From contig CAYFKK010000001.1 of NCBI GenBank assembly GCA_964343655.1, positions 1 to 35,991 on the forward strand: a stretch of DNA of 35,991 nucleotides, written 5' to 3'. Every line of letters begins with the position of its first letter. Positions within the stretch are counted from its first letter, which is position 1. This DNA comes from an uncultured Actinomycetes bacterium (GTDB lineage Bacteria; Actinomycetota; Actinomycetes; Nanopelagicales; Nanopelagicaceae). This document shows positions 1-8,654 of the stretch, in pieces. The notes beneath the pieces were generated by a model that saw nothing but the letters and a program-made list of their open reading frames with translations, ran no database searches and was not told where the DNA came from. Both the position numbers and the translations under genes were made by a program.

Positions 1-30
1 TGCCACGTAAGAAACGCGAGCACATAAAAC

Positions 31-807
31 ATGGCTGAAAAATTACTTGAATTAAAAGCCGCGACTATCAAATTTGGTGGCGTTACTGCGTTAAACGAAG
101 TTAATTTTCATGTTAATAAAGGTGAAATCTGCGCGCTAATTGGGCCAAACGGTGCTGGTAAAACAACAGTATTCAACGTCGTCACAGGTGTTTATCCCTT
201 AACTTCAGGTCAGATTCTTTTTCAAGGTCAAGATTTAGCCGGAAAGAAGCGCCACCAAGTTACTAAACTTGGCATCGGTCGCACCTTTCAAAATGTTCGT
301 TTATTTGGCGACATGACTTCACTTGAAAACGTTTTAACTGCAACTGATGTTCACAAGGGTTCAGGGCTATTAGGAAACTTGTTTGGCACGCCGCGGGCGC
401 GTCGCGAAGAGCGCGAAAGCCGTGTACGCGCTCAAGAACTTCTAGATTTCATGGGAATTGGAAACCGAGCTGAACAATTAGCAAAGAATCTGCCATATGG
501 AGATCAGCGCCGATTAGAAATTGCCCGCGCACTTGGCACGGAACCTAAATTAATCATGTTGGACGAACCAGCAGCCGGTTTTAATCCTGCCGAAAAAATT
601 GAGTTAGCAAATACCATCAAGAAGATTCGTGATGCTGGGTACACAGTTTTGTTAATCGAGCACGATATGTCGTTGATCATGGGCATCTCTGATCGCGTAG
701 CGGTTCTAGATTTCGGTCAGAAAATTGCTGATGACGTTCCTTCCGTAGTTCAAAATGATCCGAAAGTTATCGAAGCTTATTTAGGAGCGCCAACAGATGC
801 GTCTTGA
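31..807 (+). CDS. livG: Branched-chain amino acid (HAAT family) ABC transporter ATP-binding protein, LivG type
   Basis: 258-aa ORF with Walker A GPNGAGKTT, signature-like YGDQRRLEIARAL, Walker B LIMLDEPAAG and H-loop LLIEHDM. The C-terminus DPKVIEAYLG is typical of LivG/LivF. Its LivF-type partner follows with an 11-nt overlap. Confidence 0.85.
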   Translation: MAEKLLELKAATIKFGGVTALNEVNFHVNKGEICALIGPNGAGKTTVFNVVTGVYPLTSGQILFQGQDLAGKKRHQVTKLGIGRTFQNVRLFGDMTSLENVLTATDVHKGSGLLGNLFGTPRARREERESRVRAQELLDFMGIGNRAEQLAKNLPYGDQRRLEIARALGTEPKLIMLDEPAAGFNPAEKIELANTIKKIRDAGYTVLLIEHDMSLIMGISDRVAVLDFGQKIADDVPSVVQNDPKVIEAYLGAPTDAS

Positions 808-1516
808 AATCAAAGATCTTCGAGTTCATTACGGCAAAATTGAAGCGATCAAGGGCGTTTCAGTCGTGGTTAATCAAGGCGAAATTGTTTCCTTGATTGG
901 CGCCAACGGAGCCGGCAAAACGACAATTTTGAAAACAATTTCTGGTTTGCGGCCAGTTTCAAGTGGTCAAATAGTTTTTGATGGCCAAGAAATCAACAAG
1001 ATTGCTGCACATGATCGAGTTGGCCTCGGAATCTCCCAAGTTCCAGAAGGACGCGGAATTTTCCCAGGCATGACTGTTTTAGAAAATCTGGAAATGGGTA
1101 AATTTTTTAGAAAAGATCGCCAATCTGAAATGGATGAAGATCTAGAAAAGGTTTTCCATCTTTTCCCAAGGCTGAAAGAACGAATTGGGCAAGCGGGTGG
1201 AACACTTTCTGGTGGCGAACAGCAAATGCTTGCGATCGGCCGGGCTCTAATGGCGCGACCAAAAGTTCTTCTTTTGGATGAACCGTCGATGGGTCTAGCT
1301 CCGATGATGATTCAGAACATCTTTAACATCATCACTGAAATTAATAAAGCTGGCACGACGATTTTATTAGTTGAGCAAAATGCCCAACAAGCGTTACAGC
1401 GTGCTCATCGGGCTTATGTTCTTGAAACTGGCAAGGTTGTTAAAGAGGCTAAAGCCTCAGATTTGTTAAACGATCCAGCGGTTCGCGAGGCATACCTCGG
1501 AACCGGCGCACATTAA
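797..1516 (+). CDS. livF: Branched-chain amino acid ABC transporter ATP-binding protein, LivF type
   Basis: 239-aa ORF with Walker A GANGAGKTT, signature LSGGEQQMLAIGRAL, Walker B LLLDEPSMGLAP and C-terminal DPAVREAYLG. An AGGAG Shine-Dalgarno lies at 783-787, 9 nt before the ATG. Confidence 0.85.
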   Translation: MRLEIKDLRVHYGKIEAIKGVSVVVNQGEIVSLIGANGAGKTTILKTISGLRPVSSGQIVFDGQEINKIAAHDRVGLGISQVPEGRGIFPGMTVLENLEMGKFFRKDRQSEMDEDLEKVFHLFPRLKERIGQAGGTLSGGEQQMLAIGRALMARPKVLLLDEPSMGLAPMMIQNIFNIITEINKAGTTILLVEQNAQQALQRAHRAYVLETGKVVKEAKASDLLNDPAVREAYLGTGAH

Positions 1517-1917
1517 CGATCAGAAAGAATTAAGCACGTAATTCGTGCAGTACAAGTTCGCTGGCCTTCTTCATTGGTAATCACAATTTCGTAAGTGCAA
1601 AGAGTTTTTCCAAGCGATACAGGGGTGGCAACTCCAGTAACTTTTCCTTTGGTTGCGGCTTTGTGATGTGTCGCATTGATATCTATACCTACTATTTTGC
1701 GATCTAATCCAGCATGTAACGCAGTACCAATTGAACCTAATGACTCGGCTAAAACAACATTTGCACCGCCGTGTAGCAAACCAACCGGTTGACGATTTCC
1801 TTCAACAGGCATGGTGGCAACAAGGCGCTCTGGCGCGGCCTCAATAATTTCGATACCCATTTTTTTATCGAGTTCGGCCTGGCCACGCTCTTTTAAAAGC
1901 TTCAAATAGTCTGTCAT
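1513..1917 (-). CDS. PaaI/YbgC-like hotdog-fold acyl-CoA thioesterase
   Basis: The core GLLHGGANVVLAESLGS and the overall ~135-aa size fit the PaaI-type hotdog thioesterase family. I prefer the ATG at 1917 (MTDYLK...) over the upstream GTG at 1935. The ATG has a TANNNT hexamer 8 nt upstream; the GTG does not. Confidence 0.7.
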   Translation of the reverse strand: MTDYLKLLKERGQAELDKKMGIEIIEAAPERLVATMPVEGNRQPVGLLHGGANVVLAESLGSIGTALHAGLDRKIVGIDINATHHKAATKGKVTGVATPVSLGKTLCTYEIVITNEEGQRTCTARITCLILSDR

Positions 1918-1925
1918 GAGGCAAG

Positions 1926-1931
1926 AGGGTA
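1926..1931 (-). promoter_or_regulatory. Candidate -10 element (TACCCT on minus strand) for a leaderless thioesterase mRNA
   Basis: The minus-strand sequence reads TACCCT-cttgcctc-ATG. The hexamer matches the actinobacterial -10 consensus TANNNT, lies 8 nt from the start codon, and no Shine-Dalgarno intervenes. Confidence 0.3.
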
Positions 1932-1936
1932 ACACT

Positions 1937-1942
1937 TAAGAT
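1937..1942 (+). promoter_or_regulatory. Candidate -10 element (TAAGAT) for a leaderless polA mRNA
   Basis: TAAGAT-tacgttt-ATG(1950). The hexamer matches TANNNT, has 7-nt spacing, and no Shine-Dalgarno-like purine run is present. Confidence 0.3.
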
Positions 1943-1949
1943 TACGTTT

Positions 1950-4460
1950 ATGGGTGAGCGTCTTCTCTTAATCGATGGCCACTCAATGGCTTATCGGGCC
2001 TACTACGCACTACCCGTTGAAAATTTCACAACATCAAGTGGCCAGCACACCAATGCAATTTACGGTTTCACAAATATGTTGCTGGCATTGATTAAGGAGG
2101 AAAAACCCACGCATATTGCGGTTGCATTTGATGTTTCTAGAAAGAGTTTTCGGACTGAAAAATTTCCAGAATACAAAGCAAATCGAAGCGCGACTCCAGA
2201 TGAATTCCGAAGTCAAATACCTTATTTAAGCCAGTTACTTAGCGCCATGAAAATCATGGAATATTCACTAGAAGGCTTTGAAGCCGATGATTTAATTGCC
2301 ACGATTGCAACTGATGCAAGCGCCAAAGGAATGGAAGTTCTAATTTGTTCTGGGGATCGGGACACATTTCAATTAGTTCGAAACGATGTGACTGTTCTTT
2401 ATCCAAAGCGTGGCGTAAGTGACCTTGCGCGGATGACACCGGATGAAGTAAAAAATAAATATGGCTTGTCACCAGAACAATATCCAGACTTTGCAGCGCT
2501 GCGAGGTGATCCAAGTGATAACTTACCTTCGATTCCTGGGGTCGGCGAGAAAACAGCAGCCAAATGGATCATTGAGAATGAAAGTTTAGAAAATCTACTT
2601 GAAAATGCTCCGGCTATTCCAGGAAAAGCCGGAGATGCGCTTCGGGCTAATTTGGCACAAATTAAATTGAATCACGAATTAACCCATCTTAGACGGGATG
2701 TGCCAATTAAATATGACTTAAAAGAATTGGCACGAAATGAATTCGATAATAAGGCGCTTCGAAACCTTTTTGACCAACTCGAATTCAAAACGTTAAGAGA
2801 TCGAATTCCATCAGAAAAAACTGAAATACAAGTTGAAATCGCCCTAGTTAAAGCTGAAGAATTATCAAAAATTATTGAAAAAACAACAGGACCAATCGCA
2901 ATCTCTTTTGAGTTGCTCGACGAGCGGCTAAATTCATACTCAGTTGCACTTGAAAATGGCGAGAGTTATTTAGTGATGTCTGACGAAGTCGGTCTATGGT
3001 TGGCTGATTCAAAAATTGAAAAGATAATCTTTGATCACAAATCCTTAGCGCGAACTATGGATTTCGAGGGTTTAATTTTCGATGTTTCGTTGGCAAGCTA
3101 CTTAGTTGATCCCGGAAATCGACTTAATTCATTGTCTGAAGTTAGCGAACGCTGGTTAGGCATTGAAAACAATTCCGCCATCGCCTTATTTGAACTTCGT
3201 AAAGTTCTAGAACCTGAATTAGCAAAACGTGAATTAACTAGGTTGTTGCTAGAAATTGAGCAACCAATATCTGAAATTTTGAGCAGTATGGAACGAAATG
3301 GGATTTCGATCGATAAGGCATTACTGAAAAACTTAGAACAGGAGTTTTCAAGTGAAGTTGCAAGACAAACGGCCACGGCGCACAAAGCTGCGGGCCATGA
3401 GTTCAATGTGGCTTCGCCAAAACAATTACAAGTTGTACTTTTTGAAGAACTAAAATTACCAAAAACGAAGAAAATAAAGACTGGATACACCACCGATGCC
3501 GATAGTTTAAATTGGCTATTCGAAGAGACCAAGCATCCAGTCTTAGAAGCGCTCTTGAAAATTCGAGAGATTTCAAAATTGAAAAGCGTGGCTGAAGGAT
3601 TAATCGAAGCAATTAAACATGACGGGAAAATTCATACTCATTTTCAGCAAACTATTGCCGCCACGGGTCGTTTGTCTTCAACTGAGCCAAATTTGCAAAA
3701 TATTCCGATTCGAACTGACGCTGGAAAACGAATTAGAACAGCATTTATTCCAACTAAAGATTTCGACTCAATTCTTACTGCCGATTACAGCCAAATTGAA
3801 TTGCGAATAATGGCGCATTTATCAAATGATGAACATTTATTGAATGCATTTGCCAGCGGAGAAGACTTGCACACTTCAGTTGGATCGCTTGTATTTGGGG
3901 TAAAACCGAGCGAAGTAACTCCGGACATGCGTCGCCAAGTTAAGGCGATGTCTTATGGATTAGCCTACGGATTATCTGCATTTGGTTTATCCGCGCAATT
4001 AGATATCACACCTACTGCAGCTACGTCGCTTATGAATACGTATTACGAAAGATTTGGTGGGATTCGGGATTTTTTGCAATCCGTTTTAGTGCAGGCTCGA
4101 AAAGACGGTTATACCGAAACCCTCCTAGGTCGAAGAAGATATTTACCTGACCTTCAAAGCGATAATCGAATTCGGAGAGAAACTGCAGAGCGAATGGCGC
4201 TAAATGCTCCAATGCAAGGGTCCGCAGCTGACATCATAAAAATTGCAATGATTAAAGTTGACAATGCAATCAAAGAGGCAAAATTGAAATCAAGAATGCT
4301 GCTTCAAATTCATGACGAACTTCTATTCGAAATTGTTGATTCAGAAAAGGAACAGTTAACCGAAATCATAAGAACTGAAATGGGGCAGGCATACCCGCTA
4401 AAAGCGCCACTTTCAGTAAATATCGGAATTGGTAAGAATTGGGATAGCGCTAATCATTAG
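1950..4460 (+). CDS. polA: DNA polymerase I
   Basis: 836-aa ORF. The N-terminal 5'-nuclease domain begins LLLIDGHSMAYRAYYA. Family-A polymerase motifs are present: DYSQIELRIMAHLS (motif A), RRQVKAMSYGLAYG (motif B) and QIHDELLFE (motif C). The middle domain is short and Taq-like (SLASYLVDPGNR). Confidence 0.95.
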   Translation: MGERLLLIDGHSMAYRAYYALPVENFTTSSGQHTNAIYGFTNMLLALIKEEKPTHIAVAFDVSRKSFRTEKFPEYKANRSATPDEFRSQIPYLSQLLSAMKIMEYSLEGFEADDLIATIATDASAKGMEVLICSGDRDTFQLVRNDVTVLYPKRGVSDLARMTPDEVKNKYGLSPEQYPDFAALRGDPSDNLPSIPGVGEKTAAKWIIENESLENLLENAPAIPGKAGDALRANLAQIKLNHELTHLRRDVPIKYDLKELARNEFDNKALRNLFDQLEFKTLRDRIPSEKTEIQVEIALVKAEELSKIIEKTTGPIAISFELLDERLNSYSVALENGESYLVMSDEVGLWLADSKIEKIIFDHKSLARTMDFEGLIFDVSLASYLVDPGNRLNSLSEVSERWLGIENNSAIALFELRKVLEPELAKRELTRLLLEIEQPISEILSSMERNGISIDKALLKNLEQEFSSEVARQTATAHKAAGHEFNVASPKQLQVVLFEELKLPKTKKIKTGYTTDADSLNWLFEETKHPVLEALLKIREISKLKSVAEGLIEAIKHDGKIHTHFQQTIAATGRLSSTEPNLQNIPIRTDAGKRIRTAFIPTKDFDSILTADYSQIELRIMAHLSNDEHLLNAFASGEDLHTSVGSLVFGVKPSEVTPDMRRQVKAMSYGLAYGLSAFGLSAQLDITPTAATSLMNTYYERFGGIRDFLQSVLVQARKDGYTETLLGRRRYLPDLQSDNRIRRETAERMALNAPMQGSAADIIKIAMIKVDNAIKEAKLKSRMLLQIHDELLFEIVDSEKEQLTEIIRTEMGQAYPLKAPLSVNIGIGKNWDSANH

Positions 4461-4475
4461 CATTCACGCTCCAAA

Positions 4476-4504
4476 TTGACCGACTTCAACCCTTCCCGTA
4501 GCCT
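4476..4504 (+). promoter_or_regulatory. Candidate sigma-A type promoter for rpsA (TTGACC-N17-TAGCCT)
   Basis: TTGACC lies at 4476-4481, followed by an exact 17-nt spacer and TAGCCT (TANNNT) at 4499-4504. It sits in the 95-nt polA-rpsA gap, upstream of the rpsA start. Confidence 0.35.
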
Positions 4505-4555
4505 TGCGCAGTCATCGGAGTTCTAAAGCCATTAGAAAAACGCCCAACTATTAAT

Positions 4556-5911
4556 TTGTCCCTACGGAGTATTTTGAGTAATTCACAAATCGCAGTTAAC
4601 GACATCGGAACTGCAGAAGATTTTCTAGCCGCAATCGAAGGCACAATCAGAAATTTCAACGATGGTGATTTAGTCACCGGCGTTATTGTTCAAGTAGATC
4701 GAGATGAAGTTCTCGTTGATATTGGTTATAAGACCGAAGGTGTGATTCCTTCTCGTGAACTTTCTATTCGCCACGATGTTGATCCAAGCGAATTAGTAAA
4801 AGTTGGCGAGCAAATCGAAGCTCTCGTTTTACAAAAGGAAGATAAAGAAGGCCGCACAATACTTTCCAAGAAACGCGCTCAATATGAGAAGGCATGGGGA
4901 GAAATAGAACAGAAGAAGGAACGCGATGAAGTCGTTACCGGAACTGTCATCGAAGTTGTAAAAGGTGGCTTAATTGTTGATATTGGTTTGCGTGGCTTCT
5001 TGCCAGCATCTCTTGTAGAAATGCGTCGAGTTCGTGATTTGACTCCATATATTGGAAAGCAAGTAGAAGCCCGAATCATCGAATTAGATAAAAATCGAAA
5101 TAACGTGGTTCTATCTCGCCGCGCATTTTTAGAGCAGTCCCAATCTGAATCTCGCACTACGTTCTTGAACCAATTACAAAAGGGTCAAGTTCGAACAGGT
5201 GTAATTTCATCAATTGTAAACTTTGGTGCATTCGTAGATTTAGGCGGCGTTGACGGTTTAGTTCATGTTTCTGAACTTTCTTGGAAACATATCGATCACC
5301 CAAGCGAAGTCGTTGAGGTTGGCGACGAAGTCACTGTAGAAGTTTTAGAAGTCGACTTCGAACGCGAACGCGTTTCACTTTCCTTGAAGGCAACTCAAGA
5401 AGATCCTTGGCAAGCGTTTGCGCGCACTCACACAATTAATACAGTTGTGCCAGGTGTGGTAACCAAGTTGGTGCCTTTCGGTGCATTTATTCGAGTTCAT
5501 GAAGGCATTGAAGGACTAGTCCACATTTCAGAATTGGCTGAACGCCATGTTGAGATTCCCGAGCAGGTTGTTTCGGTTGATGACGAATTATTTGTAAAAA
5601 TAATTGATATTGATCTAGAACGTCGTCGAATTTCACTTTCGTTAAAGCAAGCTAACGAAGGGCAAGAAGTTGAAGTTGAATCATTTGATCCAACTCAATA
5701 TGGAATGCCGGCACGTTACGATGCAAACGGAAACTTCATTTATCCAGAAGGTTTTGATCCTGATGCGCAGGAATGGAAGCCAGGATATGAAGCACAACGC
5801 GAAGAGTGGGAGCGTCAATACGCCGAAGCTCAAGCACGCTTCATGGCACATAAGAAGCAGAAGGAAGCAGCAAAAGCAGCGGAAGCTGCTGCAACACCTG
5901 CAGCGGAATAA
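4556..5911 (+). CDS. rpsA: 30S ribosomal protein S1
   Basis: Four S1 repeats are visible and the sequence is near-colinear with mycobacterial RpsA as I recall it (QIAVNDIGTAEDFLAAI..., GFLPASLVEMRRVRDL, VHVSELSWKHIDHPSEV, VHISELAERHVE). The start is uncertain: TTG 4556 from the ORF track, or TTG 4574, which has GGAG at 4566-4569 just upstream. Confidence 0.93.
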   Translation: MSLRSILSNSQIAVNDIGTAEDFLAAIEGTIRNFNDGDLVTGVIVQVDRDEVLVDIGYKTEGVIPSRELSIRHDVDPSELVKVGEQIEALVLQKEDKEGRTILSKKRAQYEKAWGEIEQKKERDEVVTGTVIEVVKGGLIVDIGLRGFLPASLVEMRRVRDLTPYIGKQVEARIIELDKNRNNVVLSRRAFLEQSQSESRTTFLNQLQKGQVRTGVISSIVNFGAFVDLGGVDGLVHVSELSWKHIDHPSEVVEVGDEVTVEVLEVDFERERVSLSLKATQEDPWQAFARTHTINTVVPGVVTKLVPFGAFIRVHEGIEGLVHISELAERHVEIPEQVVSVDDELFVKIIDIDLERRRISLSLKQANEGQEVEVESFDPTQYGMPARYDANGNFIYPEGFDPDAQEWKPGYEAQREEWERQYAEAQARFMAHKKQKEAAKAAEAAATPAAE

Positions 5912-5921
5912 TTATTTAATT

Positions 5922-5966
5922 AAAGGCCGCGACCTTGACCGAAAGTCAGTGTCGCGGCCTTTTTCT
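5922..5966 (+). terminator. Rho-independent terminator after rpsA
   Basis: GGCCGCGAC (5925-5933) pairs with GTCGCGGCC (5951-5959). An inner TGAC/GTCA stem (5936-5939 / 5945-5948) closes a CGAAA loop. AAA flanks the 5' side and a TTTTT run (5960-5964) the 3' side. The structure begins 11 nt after the rpsA stop. Confidence 0.75.
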
Positions 5967-5970
5967 CATT

Positions 5971-5976
5971 TACCCT
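5971..5976 (+). promoter_or_regulatory. Candidate -10 element (TACCCT) for a leaderless coaE mRNA
   Basis: TACCCT-ttgtgact-ATG(5985). The hexamer and 8-nt spacing are the same as at the thioesterase gene. It lies immediately after the rpsA terminator, with no Shine-Dalgarno. Confidence 0.3.
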
Positions 5977-5984
5977 TTGTGACT

Positions 5985-6575
5985 ATGTTGGTAGTAGGAC
6001 TTACTGGTGGCATCGGCGCCGGCAAATCTTTAGTTGCGCGCTATTTTGCAGAGCTAGGAGCGGTTGTTATTTCCGCAGATGATTTGGCTCGCCAAGCAAT
6101 CGAACGCGGTACTCCTGGTTTTGATGCGGTTGTTGCCTTGTTTGGTGACGAAATTTTGAAAGAGGGCGACATAGATCGCCGCGCACTAGGTGACATAGTT
6201 TTTAAAGATGCCACCAAGCGAAAAGAGTTGGAGTCGATTATTCATCCAATTGTGCAAACTGAATTTGGTTTAGCGAGGAAATTAATTTCGCCTGATGAAA
6301 TTTTGATATATGAAATACCTTTACTTGTTGAAACGGATGCTAAAGATAAATTTGATTTAATAATTACCGTAGAAGCACCAGTAGCCGAACGCGAAAAACG
6401 ATTACTTAACAGGGGCCTGTTAGCTTCTCAAATATCGGCGCGGATAAATGCTCAAGCGGACGAACAAGCCAGACGAGATTTGGCGGATATCGTGATTGAG
6501 AATACGGGTGATACTGGGCAACTTTTGGCTGTAGTTGAAAAAATATGGGAAAGCGAACTCCAGGCACGGAAGTAA
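5985..6575 (+). CDS. coaE: Dephospho-CoA kinase (single-domain form)
   Basis: 196 aa starting MLVVGLTGGIGAGKS (P-loop at the extreme N-terminus, as in CoaE). The longer 301-aa ORF in the track begins out of frame inside rpsA and spans the terminator, so I reject that extension. Confidence 0.88.
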   Translation: MLVVGLTGGIGAGKSLVARYFAELGAVVISADDLARQAIERGTPGFDAVVALFGDEILKEGDIDRRALGDIVFKDATKRKELESIIHPIVQTEFGLARKLISPDEILIYEIPLLVETDAKDKFDLIITVEAPVAEREKRLLNRGLLASQISARINAQADEQARRDLADIVIENTGDTGQLLAVVEKIWESELQARK

Positions 6576-6578
6576 AGT
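6573..6578 (+). promoter_or_regulatory. Candidate -10 element (TAAAGT) for a leaderless uvrB mRNA, overlapping the coaE stop codon
   Basis: TAAAGT-agggca-ATG(6585). The hexamer matches TANNNT with 6-nt spacing and is identical to the one upstream of fabG. Confidence 0.25.
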
Positions 6579-6584
6579 AGGGCA

Positions 6585-8654
6585 ATGCGTCCGGTCACCG
6601 ATTTAGAACGTAAAGTTGCACCGTTCAAGGTAATCAGTGACTTTCAACCTGCCGGAGATCAGCCTGAAGCAATTGCTGAAATTGTAAATCGTTTGGAAAA
6701 GGGCGAAGAAGATATTGTCTTACTTGGCGCGACCGGAACGGGTAAATCCGCAACTACAGCTTGGTTAATTGAAAAAGTTCAAAGACCTACATTGGTTTTA
6801 GCTCCGAATAAGACTCTTGCTGCCCAGTTGGCAAACGAATTCCGAGAACTTTTACCCAACAATGCAGTTGAATATTTTGTTTCATACTACGACTACTACC
6901 AGCCAGAAGCATATGTGCCACAAACTGACACTTTTATAGAAAAAGACTCTAGCGTTAACGCCGAAGTTGAAAGATTGCGACATTCTGCAACAAATTCATT
7001 GTTAACTAGACGTGATGTAGTTGTGGTTGCGACTGTTTCTTGTATTTATGGGCTTGGCACTCCCCAGGAATACGTGGACCGAATGGTTCGCCTTCGAGTA
7101 GGGGATGAAATTGAACGAAACGCTTTACTTAGAAAATTTGTTGACATTCAATACAAGCGAAACGATTTAGCTTTTGAACGTGGCACTTTTCGAGTTCGCG
7201 GTGACACGGTCGAGATCATTCCGATGTATGAAGAATTAGCAATCCGTGTAGAAATGTTTGGCGATGAAATTGAGCGCATCACAACGCTTCACCCGTTAAC
7301 TGGTGAAATAGTTAGAGATGAAACTGAGATGTATGTTTTCCCAGCAACTCACTACGCCGCTGGACCGGAAACTATGAAACGGGCAATCAAGCAAATTCAA
7401 ACTGAACTTGAAGAGCAATTAAAAATTTTTGAACGCCAAGGTAAATTGCTAGAAGCCCAACGCATAAAAATGCGCACAACATTTGATATCGAAATGATGG
7501 AACAGTTAGGTTTTTGTTCTGGAATTGAAAATTATTCTCGCCATATTGATGGCCGGGCCCCAGGATCAGCTCCTAATTGCCTTTTGGATTATTTTCCAGA
7601 AGATTTTTTAGTTGTAATTGATGAAAGCCATGTAACGGTCCCGCAAATTGGGGCTATGTTCGAAGGCGATGCCTCTAGAAAGCGGACTTTGGTTGAACAT
7701 GGTTTCAGATTACCGAGCGCGCTTGATAATCGCCCGTTGAAGTTTGATGAATTTCTGGAGCGAGTGGGACAGAAAATTTATCTCTCTGCAACTCCTGGAA
7801 AATATGAATTAGAGAAGACTGGTGGCGATGTAGTTGAGCAGGTAATCCGACCTACTGGATTAGTTGATCCAAAGATCGTGCTCAAACCAATCAAAGGTCA
7901 AATCGATGATTTACTAAACGAAATAAATATCCGGGTAGAAAAGAATGAGCGGGTACTGGTAACTACCTTAACTAAGAAGATGTCCGAAGATTTAACTGAG
8001 TATTTATCAGAGCGATCAGTTCGAGTTCGGTATTTGCATTCTGAGGTGGACACTTTACGTCGCGTTGAACTTTTACGTGAACTTCGCACTGGAGCCTATG
8101 ATGTTTTGATTGGTATTAATTTACTTCGCGAAGGTTTGGATCTGCCGGAAGTATCTTTAGTCGCAATTTTAGATGCAGATAAAGAAGGGTTTTTACGATC
8201 GACAACTTCTCTGATTCAAACAATTGGACGGGCAGCTCGAAATGTTTCTGGTGAAGTACACATGTATGCCGACAATTTGACTGAATCAATGAAGCGAGCA
8301 ATCGATGAAACCAATCGCAGGCGGGCTAAGCAAATCGCATATAACACTGAACGCGGTGTTGATCCACAACCATTGCGAAAGAAGATTTCGGACATAACTG
8401 AATTAATTGCAAAGGAGAGCGAGGATACTTCGATTCTTTTGGCTGGCAAAAAAATCACTGCTCCGGATATTGGCTTGGAAATTGCCAGCGGTGCTTCATT
8501 GCCGCGACAAGAATTGATGGCCTTGATAGGCTCTTTAACTGATCAAATGCAAGCTGCGGCAGCAGATCTTCAATTTGAACTAGCAGCAAGACTTAGAGAC
8601 GAGATTAAAGATCTCAAACGTGAACTTAGAAACATGGAAAATGCAGGAGCTTAG
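6585..8654 (+). CDS. uvrB: Excinuclease ABC subunit B
   Basis: 689 aa with [11 protein letters not shown], helicase motif [13 protein letters not shown], the beta-hairpin region [10 protein letters not shown] and a C-terminal UVR motif ([17 protein letters not shown]). Confidence 0.95.
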   Translation: MRPVTDLERKVAPFKVISDFQPAGDQPEAIAEIVNRLEKGEEDIVLLGATGTGKSATTAWLIEKVQRPTLVLAPNKTLAAQLANEFRELLPNNAVEYFVSYYDYYQPEAYVPQTDTFIEKDSSVNAEVERLRHSATNSLLTRRDVVVVATVSCIYGLGTPQEYVDRMVRLRVGDEIERNALLRKFVDIQYKRNDLAFERGTFRVRGDTVEIIPMYEELAIRVEMFGDEIERITTLHPLTGEIVRDETEMYVFPATHYAAGPETMKRAIKQIQTELEEQLKIFERQGKLLEAQRIKMRTTFDIEMMEQLGFCSGIENYSRHIDGRAPGSAPNCLLDYFPEDFLVVIDESHVTVPQIGAMFEGDASRKRTLVEHGFRLPSALDNRPLKFDEFLERVGQKIYLSATPGKYELEKTGGDVVEQVIRPTGLVDPKIVLKPIKGQIDDLLNEINIRVEKNERVLVTTLTKKMSEDLTEYLSERSVRVRYLHSEVDTLRRVELLRELRTGAYDVLIGINLLREGLDLPEVSLVAILDADKEGFLRSTTSLIQTIGRAARNVSGEVHMYADNLTESMKRAIDETNRRRAKQIAYNTERGVDPQPLRKKISDITELIAKESEDTSILLAGKKITAPDIGLEIASGASLPRQELMALIGSLTDQMQAAAADLQFELAARLRDEIKDLKRELRNMENAGA

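Noticed and set aside
1-27. Open frame ending at TAA 25-27, possibly the 3' end of a livM-type permease gene upstream of livG.
   Set aside because: Only 8 codons are visible (CHVRNAST*), too few to identify. The guess rests purely on operon expectation.
1534-1548. Small hairpin GCACG-taatt-CGTGC, 18 nt downstream of the livF stop, as a possible terminator.
   Set aside because: The stem is only 5 bp and no T-run follows on the plus strand. On the minus strand it would terminate the thioesterase mRNA before its own stop codon.
1918-1935. GTG 1935 as the thioesterase start.
   Set aside because: It adds MLPSCL before a good ATG and leaves only 14 nt to polA. The ATG at 1917 has the TACCCT-N8 signal. 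Confidence in this choice is moderate.
5189-5196. GTTCGAAC palindrome resembling SOS-box half-sites. Also TTCGAAattaTTCGAC inside uvrA near 9750.
   Set aside because: Both lie inside coding sequence (rpsA and uvrA). Neither has the TCGAAC-N4-GTTCGA arrangement of the actinobacterial LexA box.
5670-5984. N-terminal 105 codons of the 301-aa ORF (5670-6575) that would extend coaE back over the rpsA 3' end.
   Set aside because: This part is out of frame within rpsA and runs straight through the rpsA terminator hairpin. It has low-complexity, basic, nonsense-like sequence. CoaE homology begins exactly at MLVVGLTGGIGAGKS (ATG 5985).
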